A stretch of DNA of 64,000 nucleotides from Ptychomitrium polyphyllum (lineage: Eukaryota). The position numbers were made by a program, and so were the translations under genes. Every line of letters starts with the position of its first letter. Positions within the stretch are counted from its first letter, which is position 1. This document shows positions 41,201 through 53,927 of the stretch, piece after piece. A model generated the notes under the pieces. That model searched no databases and was not told where the DNA came from. It saw nothing but the letters and a program-made list of their open reading frames with translations. The stretch spans positions 9,982,001-10,046,000 of the forward strand of contig OZ316775.1 of NCBI GenBank assembly GCA_973851085.1, written 5' to 3'.

Positions 41201-43230
41201 TGCCATATGGAACCATAGCCAATTACATACTTTCTAGTATTTGTGAAGGGAATGTTACAATTATTAGGATATTTTGAACTCTGAGTTTAGGATTTTTAGA
41301 TTCCGTGTATGTTTCTTTCATATGCAATATAACATTTTTTGGTCGTTGTGTAAACCAGACATATTTCTCTGTCCATAAATGTCAGAGTTTATTTCATATT
41401 TTTGCCATATGCAACCATAGCCAATAAGAACTTGCTTTGACCAGTCACCATGATTTGAGCCATACAAGCTTTCTTGGTTCATTGTATAGCTTATAGGTGT
41501 GTGCAACAAAAAGTTTGGCTTAAACTTAATGATTATCTTCTCCTCATGGCTTTGGTTGCATCTGAGGATGACTGGATTGTGTGAACTGAAGAATTGAGAT
41601 TTTGTGGGCAAAATGTAGAATTTTGTGGAATGGTAAAGTTGCACCTCTCTCTATCTTGTCAAATGAAAACCAGTGAATGCAGTAGAATCAGAGACTATAA
41701 GAACTGCATCCAATGCTGCAATTATTACTATTTTAAAATAGGTGCTTGATTGGATTTAGCTCAATTTAATAGGGTTTCATTCTATAATAAGCATATCAGA
41801 ATCATATGGTAGCAATATGAATTCAAAAATAGGATTAGATGTTAAAAAGTTTAGGAGAATCTGATGCATCATGGAACAGTATTAAATTGTGGACATTCAT
41901 TTCTAGGTGCAGTTCCACTAAGTTAACGAATGTTGTGTTAGTGCATTCATCAAATCAAATAGTTTAGGATGAAAAAGTATTTTTGAATTAAAAAATTCTT
42001 TTAAAAACTTATCAGATAAATTAGGTAAAACAACTAAACAAGTGTAGGTGACTAAGTAGACATCCTTTTTCGTATATAACTCTTTTTCTTTCATCATTAC
42101 TTCAAGGATATTATAATGCTTCTAATTTATTTGACATGGACTTATTGACTTCAATATTCCAAGGCTTTCAACAAGCACTCAAAAATATTAAAAAATTCCA
42201 TTATTCTAAACTTAGAATCTCATATATAGTACCTTTCTATAATGTTACCTTTTGATCTAAGTAGACTTTGGTCTTATAAATTCTTAATAGCCTTGACACT
42301 TCTATTTGAAACTCATACTTTGACTAATTCTTCTTTAAATCTTAATTTAATTTTCAAACCATATCTTATTCTAGTATCAATAAACACTTTGTTTTAGAAA
42401 AGTTCTTTATTTAACAATTCCAAAGCCTCAATCACGTAAGTTACTTGTGTAATACGTTGTTGAGGTATTAGAAGGACATAGAATTGATCAATGAGTAAAT
42501 GAAATAAGTTTTGGACAACACAATTCTGCTTCTACTAACCTGTAAGAATTAACTTTGATAAATAAAAGTAAAACTACTTTATATATCCCAAGAAGCAAAT
42601 ACATTCCAACACTTTCAAAAAAAACATCCAAAGTTGACATCATCAAAGCCTACACAAAATCCTACAAAATCTCTTATTGGATAAGAGCCCTTTAATGGTC
42701 AATATCACAAAATTGCATATGGCCATTTGCAAAGTGGAAAGAAATCATGAAATGCATATAACATTCCAGTGGGTTCATCTAGCCAGAGGAATATATCTTG
42801 ACATGTGTACTGTGTTCTATCATTCTCAAAGAGTTTCAAGCTCAAAATGTATTTGATTGAGGTGGGGCTTGAAGCCTTGGGCTTGCTGTGCTCACTCTCT
42901 AGCACTTGCGTGTCTACAGGCTTGAATTTGTGGTGCACACTTCACCCGTCTTACCATCTGTCCTTTAGTCTTCACTCATGAGCTGAGTGCCCTCTGCCTT
43001 CTCAGCCTTTTACTTAGGCAGCATGTGTCCTGGAAATCAATGTACACTCTGCCAGATTACATAAAGGATTTCAAAAAACTCTATCCTCCAGGCAGGCATG
43101 GGAGGAGGCCTATACACTGCGGCATGTACACAAGGAAATCTTCGCAAGTCATTCCAGTAGTGTAACAGAAGTCCTATGGAGTTACAGAAGCTGGACTCAG
43201 GAGATCAAGGAACTGATAGCTTCAATAGTA

Positions 43231-43803
43231 CAGCAGACATATTAGACCTATGACAACAGTCTGAGGAGCCATTTAAGGATGTATGGTTATCTTTCCATAT
43301 TATCTGAATGACTTTTATAACTTGATATGAATCCAAACATGATAGTTGATCTTGGTAGTGTTTCACTGTTAACCTGCTTATGGAGAATGTGATTACTATT
43401 CTGGAACTTATCAGGTTCAGAGAGAACGGTCCTTATTGCACAAACCAAATTTGCTAGTTTCTCATAGTTCACCGTTCTGTAGTGTTGCGGCTATCAGATC
43501 TCAAGAGCATTGAACCCAGTTATAGAAAGGTGCATATTCATTTTTTGATGGTGAGCTTTTAAGATGTTTTATCATCTTGTTTTAGTTCTTGATGTTCAGC
43601 AGCTTAAATGTTTGTTTGCTGACTTTCATCTTAGCCATTATGGTATGCTATCCTGCCTTTATATTACCAAATGTTGGTTGTAAGTTTGAGTGAGTGATAG
43701 GCATGTTACAATCAAACATGTTTCAAAAATGTCATATGCTTAATGCATCCAAGCATTTTCATTGCTTAACAGGAACACGGTGTAGGAGATTACTTTCCCA
43801 CCC
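43231..43803 (+). pseudogene. Decayed duplicate of the last three exons and introns of the 45651-49770 gene
   Basis: Aligns with 49205-49770 (offset about 5974 at the 5' end), introns included. Carries CGA>TGA and CAG>TAG nonsense changes and a lost AG acceptor (cag>cgg). Confidence 0.85.
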
Positions 43804-45650
43804 ATAATAATCTTAAAAAATAATAGTAAGATGTTTCTCATGTCTAGAGAAAAGAAGGAGCGTTAATTTAAAATAATAATAATAGTAGTCACTGATCAGT
43901 TTGTGCTATCATTAGTTTGATCTTATAATTGAAGTTCTTTTTAATGTTCTAGAGGCTGTACTATTTCAGTTTTTTTATACATGACGTTTATGAGAATTAA
44001 TTCTCTTAAAGTTTGAAAGTTTTATGTTTGATTAAAATTAATGTGACTTTCAAAAAATCAAATCATGAAACAATCAAAATCAACAATTTACAACTCAAAA
44101 AAATGAAATATGCGATTTCCAAGTTTATCATTTAATTGAATTCTTCTTTGAGTTTATCTTTCAACTACAAATACATTGTTTATTCTATTGTTGTGTGTGT
44201 TTTTTCCTTTCACTCATTACAATAAAAGTAACTGTTCAATGAACAACATGGAAACGCATTCATATTGGCACGAAGATGAATCTTTTGATTTGATTTTATC
44301 GTTTTGAAATTTTTCTGTTTCCGAAAAACAATCATAACTTGCTAGAACCGCATATCTGAGGTGAAAGAAATCAGAGTTCGAAGCCGCAGATGCAGGCCTT
44401 TCCATGCAGGGACTTTCAGACGGTAAATCACCGGACGCCCTGTACCCTCACACGGTACCCAACACTGCACAAGCGGCCCAATCACCATGTGCCATAACTC
44501 GAACCCAGAAATAGAAAATCGCGACAACACATACTTCAGTTTGAACAAAACAATGCGACCGTTGGCGGGACCACCTCAGCCGGGCCAGGATGGTGGAGAC
44601 CGATACCCAAAACCGCCACTAGGCTTAACAAGCAACATTATCTACAGAAGGCATACTTTCCAGACTCTTAAATCTATGCCTCTTATAGATGAATGCACTT
44701 TTGGGTCGATGACGGTTTTAGGCGTTGATCAGCCCGCTATGCAATCTTCCTGATATACCCGACGTAGTATTGCTGGATATTACACCATTATCATCCGGGT
44801 AGAGTTTAAGTATCGCCTGATTATCTTGCAGGTATCGTTCGAAAAGCGCACTGCAAACTTGCGGAGGTAGTCGTTGTGGCGCGACCATTGCTTGTTTGGT
44901 GAACGCCTGAGCTGCCTGCCGCAGCGGCATTCGTAGCGATCGATCGGTGCGCATGATGACTTGCTTACAGTACTCGTCATCTCTCCATCGTCCTCTCCGT
45001 AGCGCTTCTTCTGGTTCAAATCTCGTCGCATTTGACCTCCTGTGGCCTCCGCTGTTCGTTCGAAACTATCATCACCTCCATGGCGACTTGCTCGCTGGTG
45101 GCTTTGGCTTCTCTTTGATCGCTCTGCTATAATCTTTCTCTTTCTGTCTGTTTTGCGCTACGTATCTGTGGTTACTGTTAGATTGTATGTGTACTTCGCA
45201 CACGATTTTGTCGTTTCTTTCTTTCGGTCCCCTTTTTTGTTTTCAGCTTTTTCTGTTCTTCCCCCTCCCTGGTGTGTAGCGAAGCTGATTGATACGACAG
45301 TTCCCGTTCTGATAAACCGTTCTGCTAGTAGAGGAAATCTTGTGTTCTCGGCCCATTCTTGATGAGTTTTGCGAGGTAGTTGCGAGCAGTGATCTTGTGG
45401 TCGGAGGTGGTTTCCTCGTCTGATTCTCTCTTCGGTGGAAGACGAGTTTAACAAGGAACTGTATGTGCAGGGAGTTTCCGTCTGGAAGCCAGAAAAAGAC
45501 GGTGTTAGGTCACTTGAAGTGACGCGATCCTTTACGCTTGTATGATGTCAACGTCTGCAGTTCTACGCGCTTGCCTTCTTAAGTTAGGTGTGTGAAAAGC
45601 TTGCATTGATCAAATAGAGCAGTTGAGCATTTGAAGTACGGGTGGCGACC

Positions 45651-48600
45651 ATGGGGATAAGCGACAGTGAGGCTGGTTTCGTGGTATGTCACTTCTACAC
45701 TTGGAATTCAATGACGTTTTGTGAGTGTAAGCGTAGTGCAGTCATTGGAGAGAAGAGGGGAGCTTAAGTAGTATGTAAGGGGTCTGATGCAATGACGTTG
45801 TTAGTTACTTGGTTCAAAGGTAAGTAAGGGTGCAGATCGGGAGGTTTATTGGTGCGACCTACACTGTGATCGAACAATTGTATTGTCATTGAAAATCACT
45901 CCTCCATCTCCACTTTTGGTTTCTAGTTTGGCACAATCCTACTGTAGGGCCCTCCGCGATTCGTATGTAGGGCGCGACATTACAGGGGTGCTCGAGTGCT
46001 TGAGAGAAGAGATACTTTAAAGAGGACACAAGAGGAGGCAGGTTTGTTAGTTGTAGGATGCAAGTTTCTTGGAAGTCTTTATTTGCATGCCCCACATACT
46101 AGCGTAGGATTGTGCCCCTAGTTTTCATCATGTGCCTAAGGGTTGGATTTGACTGACATTACGTCGCCGCTCTTTTTGCAGGGCTCATTTGATGCCCCTT
46201 ACACTTTGAGGTAATTCACCTCAGTTTGGTGGTTTTTCTAAACCTTGATAACTTGGCGCAATATACCTAATGAATCAGAGCAAATTATAGAGTTTCTATT
46301 ATTTATTTCAGTCAATATGGAAAGTCAATGACTTAATCGATAGAGCAAGAGTATGGCTGAGGCGGCTTGCTGTTTATGTCTCTTCCTTGTTCAATCAGAC
46401 CTAACATTTGTACAGCAACTTTCTTGAGTTGTCGAAAATTTTCATCATACAATGACACCGCTTTCTGCATCGTTTTGTATTCTTCCGTTTGGCTCTTCTA
46501 ATTTTTTTCTCCCAATTACAATGAATAGAGAGGTCTGATTTTGCCATTTTTCTTCAATTTTGTAGGGATAACACCTTTGCTGATGTCCACAACTTGGACC
46601 AGTGTATTAACTACCTCAACCAGTCCTTGGTCACATTTGGCTTTTCATCAGAACTTGATTTTTACTCCAGTGAGCCAGTATGCGACCTCAATCCCAATCT
46701 CTTGTCTATTCAGGAATTTCAAGTCCGCATTTGTAGTACGCTGGAAAAGGTGCCTTAATCCATGTCATTATATATGTCTAAAATCTCAGGTTACTTGATG
46801 TCTCTAATAATTGCTTCAAATGATCTCGTTTCACAGGCTTTAATTGCGCGTACATGTAACTGCATATACGCCTTGATTCTGCAGCGACAACAAGATGCAG
46901 AATTTCGTGAAACAGCAAATGAGACGAGGCAAAGGTGCGAGCTCAATTTAGTCATATGATTGATTAAGACATGGACTGTCATTCAGTTGTGATGCATCTG
47001 CAGTTCACAGAATGTGGCCTTTGAATATCACTGTTTAATCCATAAAGCGGTCGGATAATTCATGATGTATGTACAGGCTACACTCAGAGATGTCGAAGCT
47101 CGAAGCGAAGGTGGAAATGCTGGCTTACCAACTGGCCAACAAGGAACGTGAGTTGCAAGCAAGCATAAGCAAGGTACTCTTGAACACCCTGCAGAAAGAA
47201 ATTTACTTACCTTGGCCTTGCTTACAGTGACGAAGCAAACAACCTAGGACCCCACAGTCATCTTTCTAAATTTATGATGGTGAAGCGGTTACGGTAGTTT
47301 CTATAAGTAAATTCGTGATAATGCTTATTGATTGCGTTTGTTTCAGGGTCTTGGATCATATGAAGAGGTAAGTTTCGCAGCTCGGTCTGGGCAGGTTAAA
47401 AGCCAAGCCCTCCGACATGATGGTTATAAGGCTGAAGTAGGAGAGGAGGTCAAGCCAGAACAGAAGATGCGGCAGCGGCAAGAGTCAAAAGCTATAACCC
47501 CCTCCAAAATTCTTCCTCCCCGTAGCCCTTTGCCCCCTAAAACCCCCTCACATGATCGATTGTGCCTTTTTTCTTCCTCCGTGAAGTCCGTAAAACGGAC
47601 CTTAGGAGCTGACTGCACTCTCCTAACCCCCAGGTCCAGGTTAGACTCTCAATCCTTGGATCACATTTGACGGCCCTCGTATGGGAGAAATTCTAAACTA
47701 TGCACCTCAAATTAGTTGGTCTGAAATCTGATTTTGCAAAGATTCGTGAAGGTGTAGTAAACTTTTGGTCACTTCAAAATTAGATATGCTCATAAGTTTG
47801 TTTTTGTATGCAGATTTTCTGAGAAAGCGATGTCGAATGTTCCTCGCGTTGATGTAAGCTAGCACGTCCTTTTTCCACCTGATATCGGACTCGTTTTGGA
47901 AATGTTTTCGACTTACTTTGCAAATGTCTAAGTAGATGGCTTGCAGGTTCATTTTCTACAGTGCCCAGTCCTAAGTGTCACCAGTTCTGCCTTTTCGTTT
48001 GAACAGGTCTCGGGACCTATCCAGAAGACTACCGACATGTTGAAGAATACACTAGACTTTGAGTTAAGGAAGCCTATGGATATCTTAGAGAACAGTGTCC
48101 CGAGCACCTCGGAGGAACAGGTTGCTCAATGCTCCGGTATGTACGGCTACTTTGCATCTTCTGAATTGCACCTTTTTCACCACGTTACTATAAGATCATG
48201 GTCGCTTACTATGTCTTGATTTCAACAGGGTCTATCCGTCTTCCAGAAGATAGCATTTTCTTGTCACCACTTATCCAATACGACAATCCCATGTACCAAG
48301 AAGAGTCTCCCCCACTAAGTGAAAGATTGAAATCCCTAGAGAAGAATATGCGTGCTCTCTCACCCATCCCTGTTAACGTTCAGCCCTTGCATTCAAGACA
48401 AGAGTTTTCACCCTGTAAGCTCAGCAACGTATCCACAATGACTTTGGAATTTGAAAATTTGAGGTGCACTACCCCTGAGCGTGAGATCACGTCGCCCGAT
48501 GAAGGGCCATTGACGGAGACACCTGATGTAATCATTTCCCTAGACGCGCCGCCTGATTCTGGGTCGCTAACACCCTTTCAGCAATTCCAGCACAAGAATC

Positions 48601-49770
48601 CTGATTTACAGGTATAGCTGTTTATATTACATCTTTTCTATTCTATGCCTCATACAACTCGGTTGCTGTATTGTTGCACTTTCATCTAGAAGCGAATTGC
48701 AAATTCTGGTGTCACAATATTTGAAACAATACGTAAATTATAGAATCGATGTAATATTGTCTCTTGGATCAAATTCCTTGGTATGAAAAGTGGATATACT
48801 TTATCTTGACGTATGCTCTTGCTGTAATGTTGACAGATGACGCTTGTGAAGCAATACCTTACCGTTCTCAATACTGCAACCAGGTCAGCATTATATAGAA
48901 TCTAGAGTACATTTGAGGTTGTTATAGTGGCTCGAAGGTGAGGATCTTCAGGAAGCTCTATCACTTAAAACCCTACTTTTGTTTCCATTCTGAACTTGTC
49001 ATGTGGTGAATCTCCAGGGAGGAGCTCTTACAACTCAAGGTAAGTTCTTTTTAATTTTTTTAATCTCGCAGAACAAATGATTAGCTCCTTTTTGCCATAT
49101 ACGACATCCTTATTCATTCAAATCATACAACCTCAACTGTAAACTTAATTCTGAGGATATCCTTGTGGCCTTTTGAAATTTCCAGGGAATTGGACCTAAG
49201 CGAGCAGCAGACATATTAGAATTGCGAGAACAGTCTGAGGAACCATTTAAGGATGTATGATAATCTTTCCATGGTCTCTGCCTTGTTGACATTTATAACT
49301 TGATAAGAATCAAAAAGTAATGGTTGATCTTGGTAGTGTTCATTGCTAATTTTCTTATAGAGCCTTTGTTTACTATTCTGGAATTTATCAGGTTCAAAGA
49401 GAATGGTCCTATCTTACGGGAACCAATTTTGCTAGTTTCTAATATTTACTACATTGTGATGTTGCAGCTACAAGATCTCAAGAGTATTGGACTCAGTGAC
49501 AGAAAGGTGCATACTTATGTTTCAATTTTGATGGTTTAACTTGTATTGTTATCCTACGTTACCTCTTGTGGTTTCAAGTTTAGACAATTGCTTGCTAAAT
49601 ATTTCGTATTTTATGTTAGCAAGCCTGGTGCCCTTCTACGTCTCTGCAAAATTTGTGTTGGTTATGTTACAATCACAATGTTTCTGAAATATCTTATTTC
49701 TTGATGAATGCAGGCATTTTCATTGTTTAATAGCAACATTGTGCAGAAGGTTATTTTCCCTTCATCTTGA
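45651..49770 (+). CDS. Chimeric protein: Msd1/SSX2IP (afadin/alpha-actinin-binding family) N-terminus + Ser/Pro-rich linker + kinesin-10-type helix-hairpin-helix tail; 14 exons, about 482 aa
   Basis: Exons 45651-45683, 46182-46210, 46566-46677, 46837-46934, 47077-47173, 47347-47639 (or 47633), 47814-47853, 48007-48136, 48229-48611, 48837-48883, 49018-49039, 49186-49254, 49468-49506 and 49714-49770. All introns are GT-AG and phase-compatible, with no internal stop. Confidence 0.75.
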
Positions 49771-51339
49771 CTGTACCATGAGAATAAAAAGGTCCTTTTC
49801 TCTGTGAGCGAAGCGTTCGCATAGAAATTCCTCGAACGAGGATAAATCATACTTAAGAAATCACTTTTTGTCGTATAGGTTTTTCACTGAAGCCTACATG
49901 TCATGTTGGTGGTTTGCATATAGTGAATTGTTGGGTTTATGTGTCTAACTCTGGATAAGCTCTCGGTCAAGAGATTGCGAATTTCCAATAGTGGAAAGCG
50001 AAACAAACCTCCTTACTGCTTCGCTGTTTTTAATATTTCAAATTTATTTTTGAAGCTATGTGTATCATTCATACGCTTCTATTTGCAGCAGGGATTATAG
50101 TTTCTGTAAACTCCTGAGCATCGCCAGGTTTGGTTTGAGTTACTATTAAATGTTCAAAGCGACACGATTAAGGAATTTAGATCTATACCATATCATCAAG
50201 GCTCATGATGCACTGGTACAGTACTACTGCAGTAATGGACTCTTTCCCCGAGCATCTCTGGTATTTGAAGCGCTACAGCTCAGCAACAAGTTCTTGTGTC
50301 ATTCTAGTATTGGAGTTGATGAGCAGCCACCGCAGGAATCTTAGTCATAGACAACTTGTAACTCAAGGTGATAGTTCTCGATGATCTAAAGTGTTGCTAT
50401 ATTTATGTAGTTCTGAGTCCAACACAATATCTCTCGATCTATCTCAAGTGATAATTTATTCCTGGCTCCCGCCTCCCCTGTGAACTACTAGGCAGTAATA
50501 AAGCCAAATTACACTACAGACTGCATCCTCCGAGGTCGATTTGCACATTTGCGAGAGTGGACTCGTTGGTACATCGAGCTTGTACATTATCTTTTCATTT
50601 CACCTGCACTGAATTGTGTGCACGGCTTCTTCGAGGTATACGCAGAAATTGTCAAAATCTTGCCTTGCTGACAATCTTACGAGGAGTTTTTACCGACAGT
50701 CGCTCTGTGGATCGACAGAAACAGTGAGGAAGAAAAGGAATACTGTAGCTTTTCTGCCTGTTATATTAGGTAGCAAGCATTAACTGATGTATGATCACTA
50801 AAGCTGGTGAATGCATCTGAAGGTCCATGGACAGCGTCAAATCACGTTTTATCCATCTCGCGAAGGACGGATGTAACGGTAAGAGCTCTAAATTTCTGTG
50901 TGCATCTTTGGTCAGCTTGCGAATGAGACTTCTGATTGTACCTTATGGCCGGTTTGCGTTAGTTTTAACTCATTCCTGGCCCATGTATTACTGTACTGTA
51001 TTAACTTGGTAGTCTAATGAGCAACTCTTGAAGGAGAAATGAATATTTTCCAAAAGTGAAAGGTTTTTCTTGAGCTTTGAGGCTTCCGGAAAGATAGTGC
51101 CTGGGGTGACTCTTCTGTATTGTGGCATAAAAATCTTCATATATTACCTCTACAGCTTCGTAACACCTGAATTGTAGCAGGATGCTGTAATCTTGACCAA
51201 GCCATCAAACTGTGTGGTATCATGGCTCTCTTTTAAGATAGATATCTAGCTCTTTATCTGGAGGTGATGAAGCAGATTTGGAGCATTTAGCGAAGGCTTT
51301 TCAAAAACCATCGGTCGAAGGAGAATTAGAACTACTCCT

Positions 51340-51800
51340 CCACTTGGATAGTACCGGACGAGGCGAACGTACCGACTGAAAAGATAGAATTCAACATTGA
51401 ACTTTGTAAGCGTTTTGTAAGGAAGGTTACTAACTTGACGAGGAAGCTTTTAAATCACCATAGTCCGTTCAGCAACGACCTAGTTCTCCAATCTTGTGAT
51501 AATTCATGCAGAGGACTTGCTCCTGCAGTGCATTATCAAGAAGACGAAACATTCGTGGCTCTTTGCAGCAGTAGCCCTAGTTGATATGAAAGAGAATGTG
51601 CTGGAGATTGAACTCCACCTTGCATGGTGGACCCGCTTATCGAGCATTTCATCTCCTATCTTGGATACGGCAGACTGGAAGGGAAGATAATGTTGTCACC
51701 ATGGCATTGAAGCAGTTGAAAACATCGTATGACAAGTTAACGATTGAATGGACTCGCTTTCTGCAGTCCGCAGGTTCAATTGATAGAATAATCTACGGGC
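51340..51800 (+). pseudogene. Frameshifted remnant resembling the N-terminal helical-bundle domain of bryophyte MLKL-like kinases
   Basis: WIVPDEANVPTEKIEFNIELCKRFVRKV...LQ, then a frameshift to IIHAEDLLLQC...WLFAAVALVDMKENVLEIELHLAWWT. The resemblance is from memory and no kinase domain follows. Confidence 0.4.
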
Positions 51801-53870
51801 TATAGTTGCTCAAGTAAAGAACAATTGCGATGTTTCGGAGAAAGGGAAAGAGGTATAATTTCTTTCAGTTTACTTACTATCACGCTAAATGATGGCAAAT
51901 GCCTGAAGTTTCAACTTTTTTAGACCGGCCCAATTTCCGCAACGTTTGCAGGATGCTTTATCTGGCAAAAAACCTGTGCTTGGGAATACGTCCAATACAT
52001 TTCACTACTAGGTTTTTGCGGAGGCGTAATAATCCTTTGTGGCAAAGTGCAAATCGTTCGACATATCATCGGCCAGGTCATGAGGTTGGAGATTTAGGTT
52101 TATCAATGCTATATTACTTTGTTTCATCGATATCACCTGTGTTTCGGAATGGTATGTATTGTAGATATCGATGAGTACGGTACGATATTTAGGTAATTTG
52201 ATCAGTTTAGAAACTCCTGCAATTATATCAGTTAGACAATATGGACCAAAAGCATCATAATATGTGATGATTACCAGCTTAATTTTTCGTCCTCTTGCTC
52301 TTGCAAGCGGTTGAAATGGGATACTAACCTCATCCAATTTAGAATGCCGAAACTTCCGGCCGAATTCTCATGACGCTACTGCAAATAATCAGTGAACATC
52401 AATCAACAATCTAGCAACCTAACAGGTTGAGTCGATTCTTTGTGTGGAGATTGAATCCACACAACATCGTCATGGCTTTTCCACGCATTGAATCTGTAAG
52501 ACCACAACTACTTTTGAATTCAATTCATTCCTTCTGCTAGTTTGCCCGTCACTATCATGGCGTGATGAACACTAAGCTTATATAATTCTAAGCGGAGCAT
52601 GACATCAAACAATCGACACCGTCAAGTCACACTCAACTGTAGATCCTGGCTATCAAAAGTCTCACCTGTCACAGTGTTCACCTACATGATGGTTCAATAC
52701 TGTACAGCAGTAGTGCAATAAACACTAGAGTAGACGCTTAGGCTTAGGTTTAGGCTGAGGCTTAGGGCTCAATCTTTCTTTGGATTAATGATAAGCTTGT
52801 AACTTGGAGGGGCACTGAACCTGTTGTGGAAGTGAAAGACACCCTGGTCTGAATAACTGCTGAATCATCTGCAAGGACAACTCCTTGTCTTCTTTGTGTC
52901 TTTTATCTCGAAGTTCCCGAGGCATGACAAACGAATTTATTGCTTGTCTGCAGCAAAGCATAGTTGAGCTCGACATCGCATCCACTTTTGGCAGCGTGTC
53001 CAGAAAAAAGGAGACTACACAGTAATAAAAGGTTTACTAAAAAAGGACTAAAAGGAGAAAAGAGAACAGTCTGTATCTGTCTCTAGTGCTTAATCCACAG
53101 GAAATCTAGAAGTGTTTCAAAACGTGGCTACAGTTAGCATGAGGTAAAGAATTTATTTAGTTCAGTAAACTCAGAGATGACGGACCAGTCTGCGGAGCGC
53201 CGGAGATGCTCCGCTGCTCAACGTCGTCCCCACCATGCAACAAAGATGTTGCAGCGTGGTTGCAGTGGCGCAAGCAAGCAAGCAGCCGTCTTTCATTGTC
53301 TGCATTTAGAGTAGGTCACGTAAATATAGAATTCTGCTACAGTGCGCATCGCCACGCGCGGCGTAAACCGGGATTCCGAACGCACTCTAGCTCATCACTT
53401 CGCTTGCAAGCTCGCTCGCTCTGTAACTTAGCATATGTCGTTGTTTGAGAGCCCGTGTCGATGTCGTCGCTTTATTTGTTGCACTGACATTGGCAGACAC
53501 ACAATTAGTTCCCATGTCATGGTCTGCTCTTCCAGTTTGGGTGTAAAGACGAAAGGTGTGCGTTCAACTTAATTTGCTTCTCTGTTGATGAATGTGGTCA
53601 CCATCACGTGCTTGTGAAGGATTGTTCTCTTGTGGCATGTGTTGGAGTTCATGATCATCGGCAAAAGGTATTTCCTTCTTGAGCTTGAGAGGGAGCAGGA
53701 TCGGTTCAGTGGAACGGGTTCGGTGTCAGACGGCGCTTAGAGGCTTGGTGGTAAAAATGAAGAAGGCGATCGAGGTGGAGGGGATCTTCCTTGCAGGGTT
53801 TTAGGAAGATGGAGCTGGCGGAGCGGGAACTTTGAGCGTGGGAGTGGCGGTGTGAAGTGGTGGGGGAGGG

Positions 53871-53873
<3 letters not shown>

Positions 53874-53914
<41 letters not shown>
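53874..53914 (+). repeat. (GA)n microsatellite just upstream of the BRCT gene ATG
   Basis: About 20 GA units ending 13 nt before the ATG at 53928; a potential BBR/BPC GAGA element. Confidence 0.9.
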
Positions 53915-53920
<6 letters not shown>

Positions 53921-53927
53921 GGGAGCC

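Noticed and set aside
44718..45100. Minus ORFs with faint SSXT/ELF4-like RYLQDNQAIL
   Set aside because: Similarity is limited to a few residues and no coherent gene model results; more likely the promoter or leader of the downstream gene.
52736..52770. TTAGGC/TTAGGG-like run, and GGGTTTAGGGTTT at ~55418 and ~56126
   Set aside because: Too short and degenerate to be interstitial telomere arrays.
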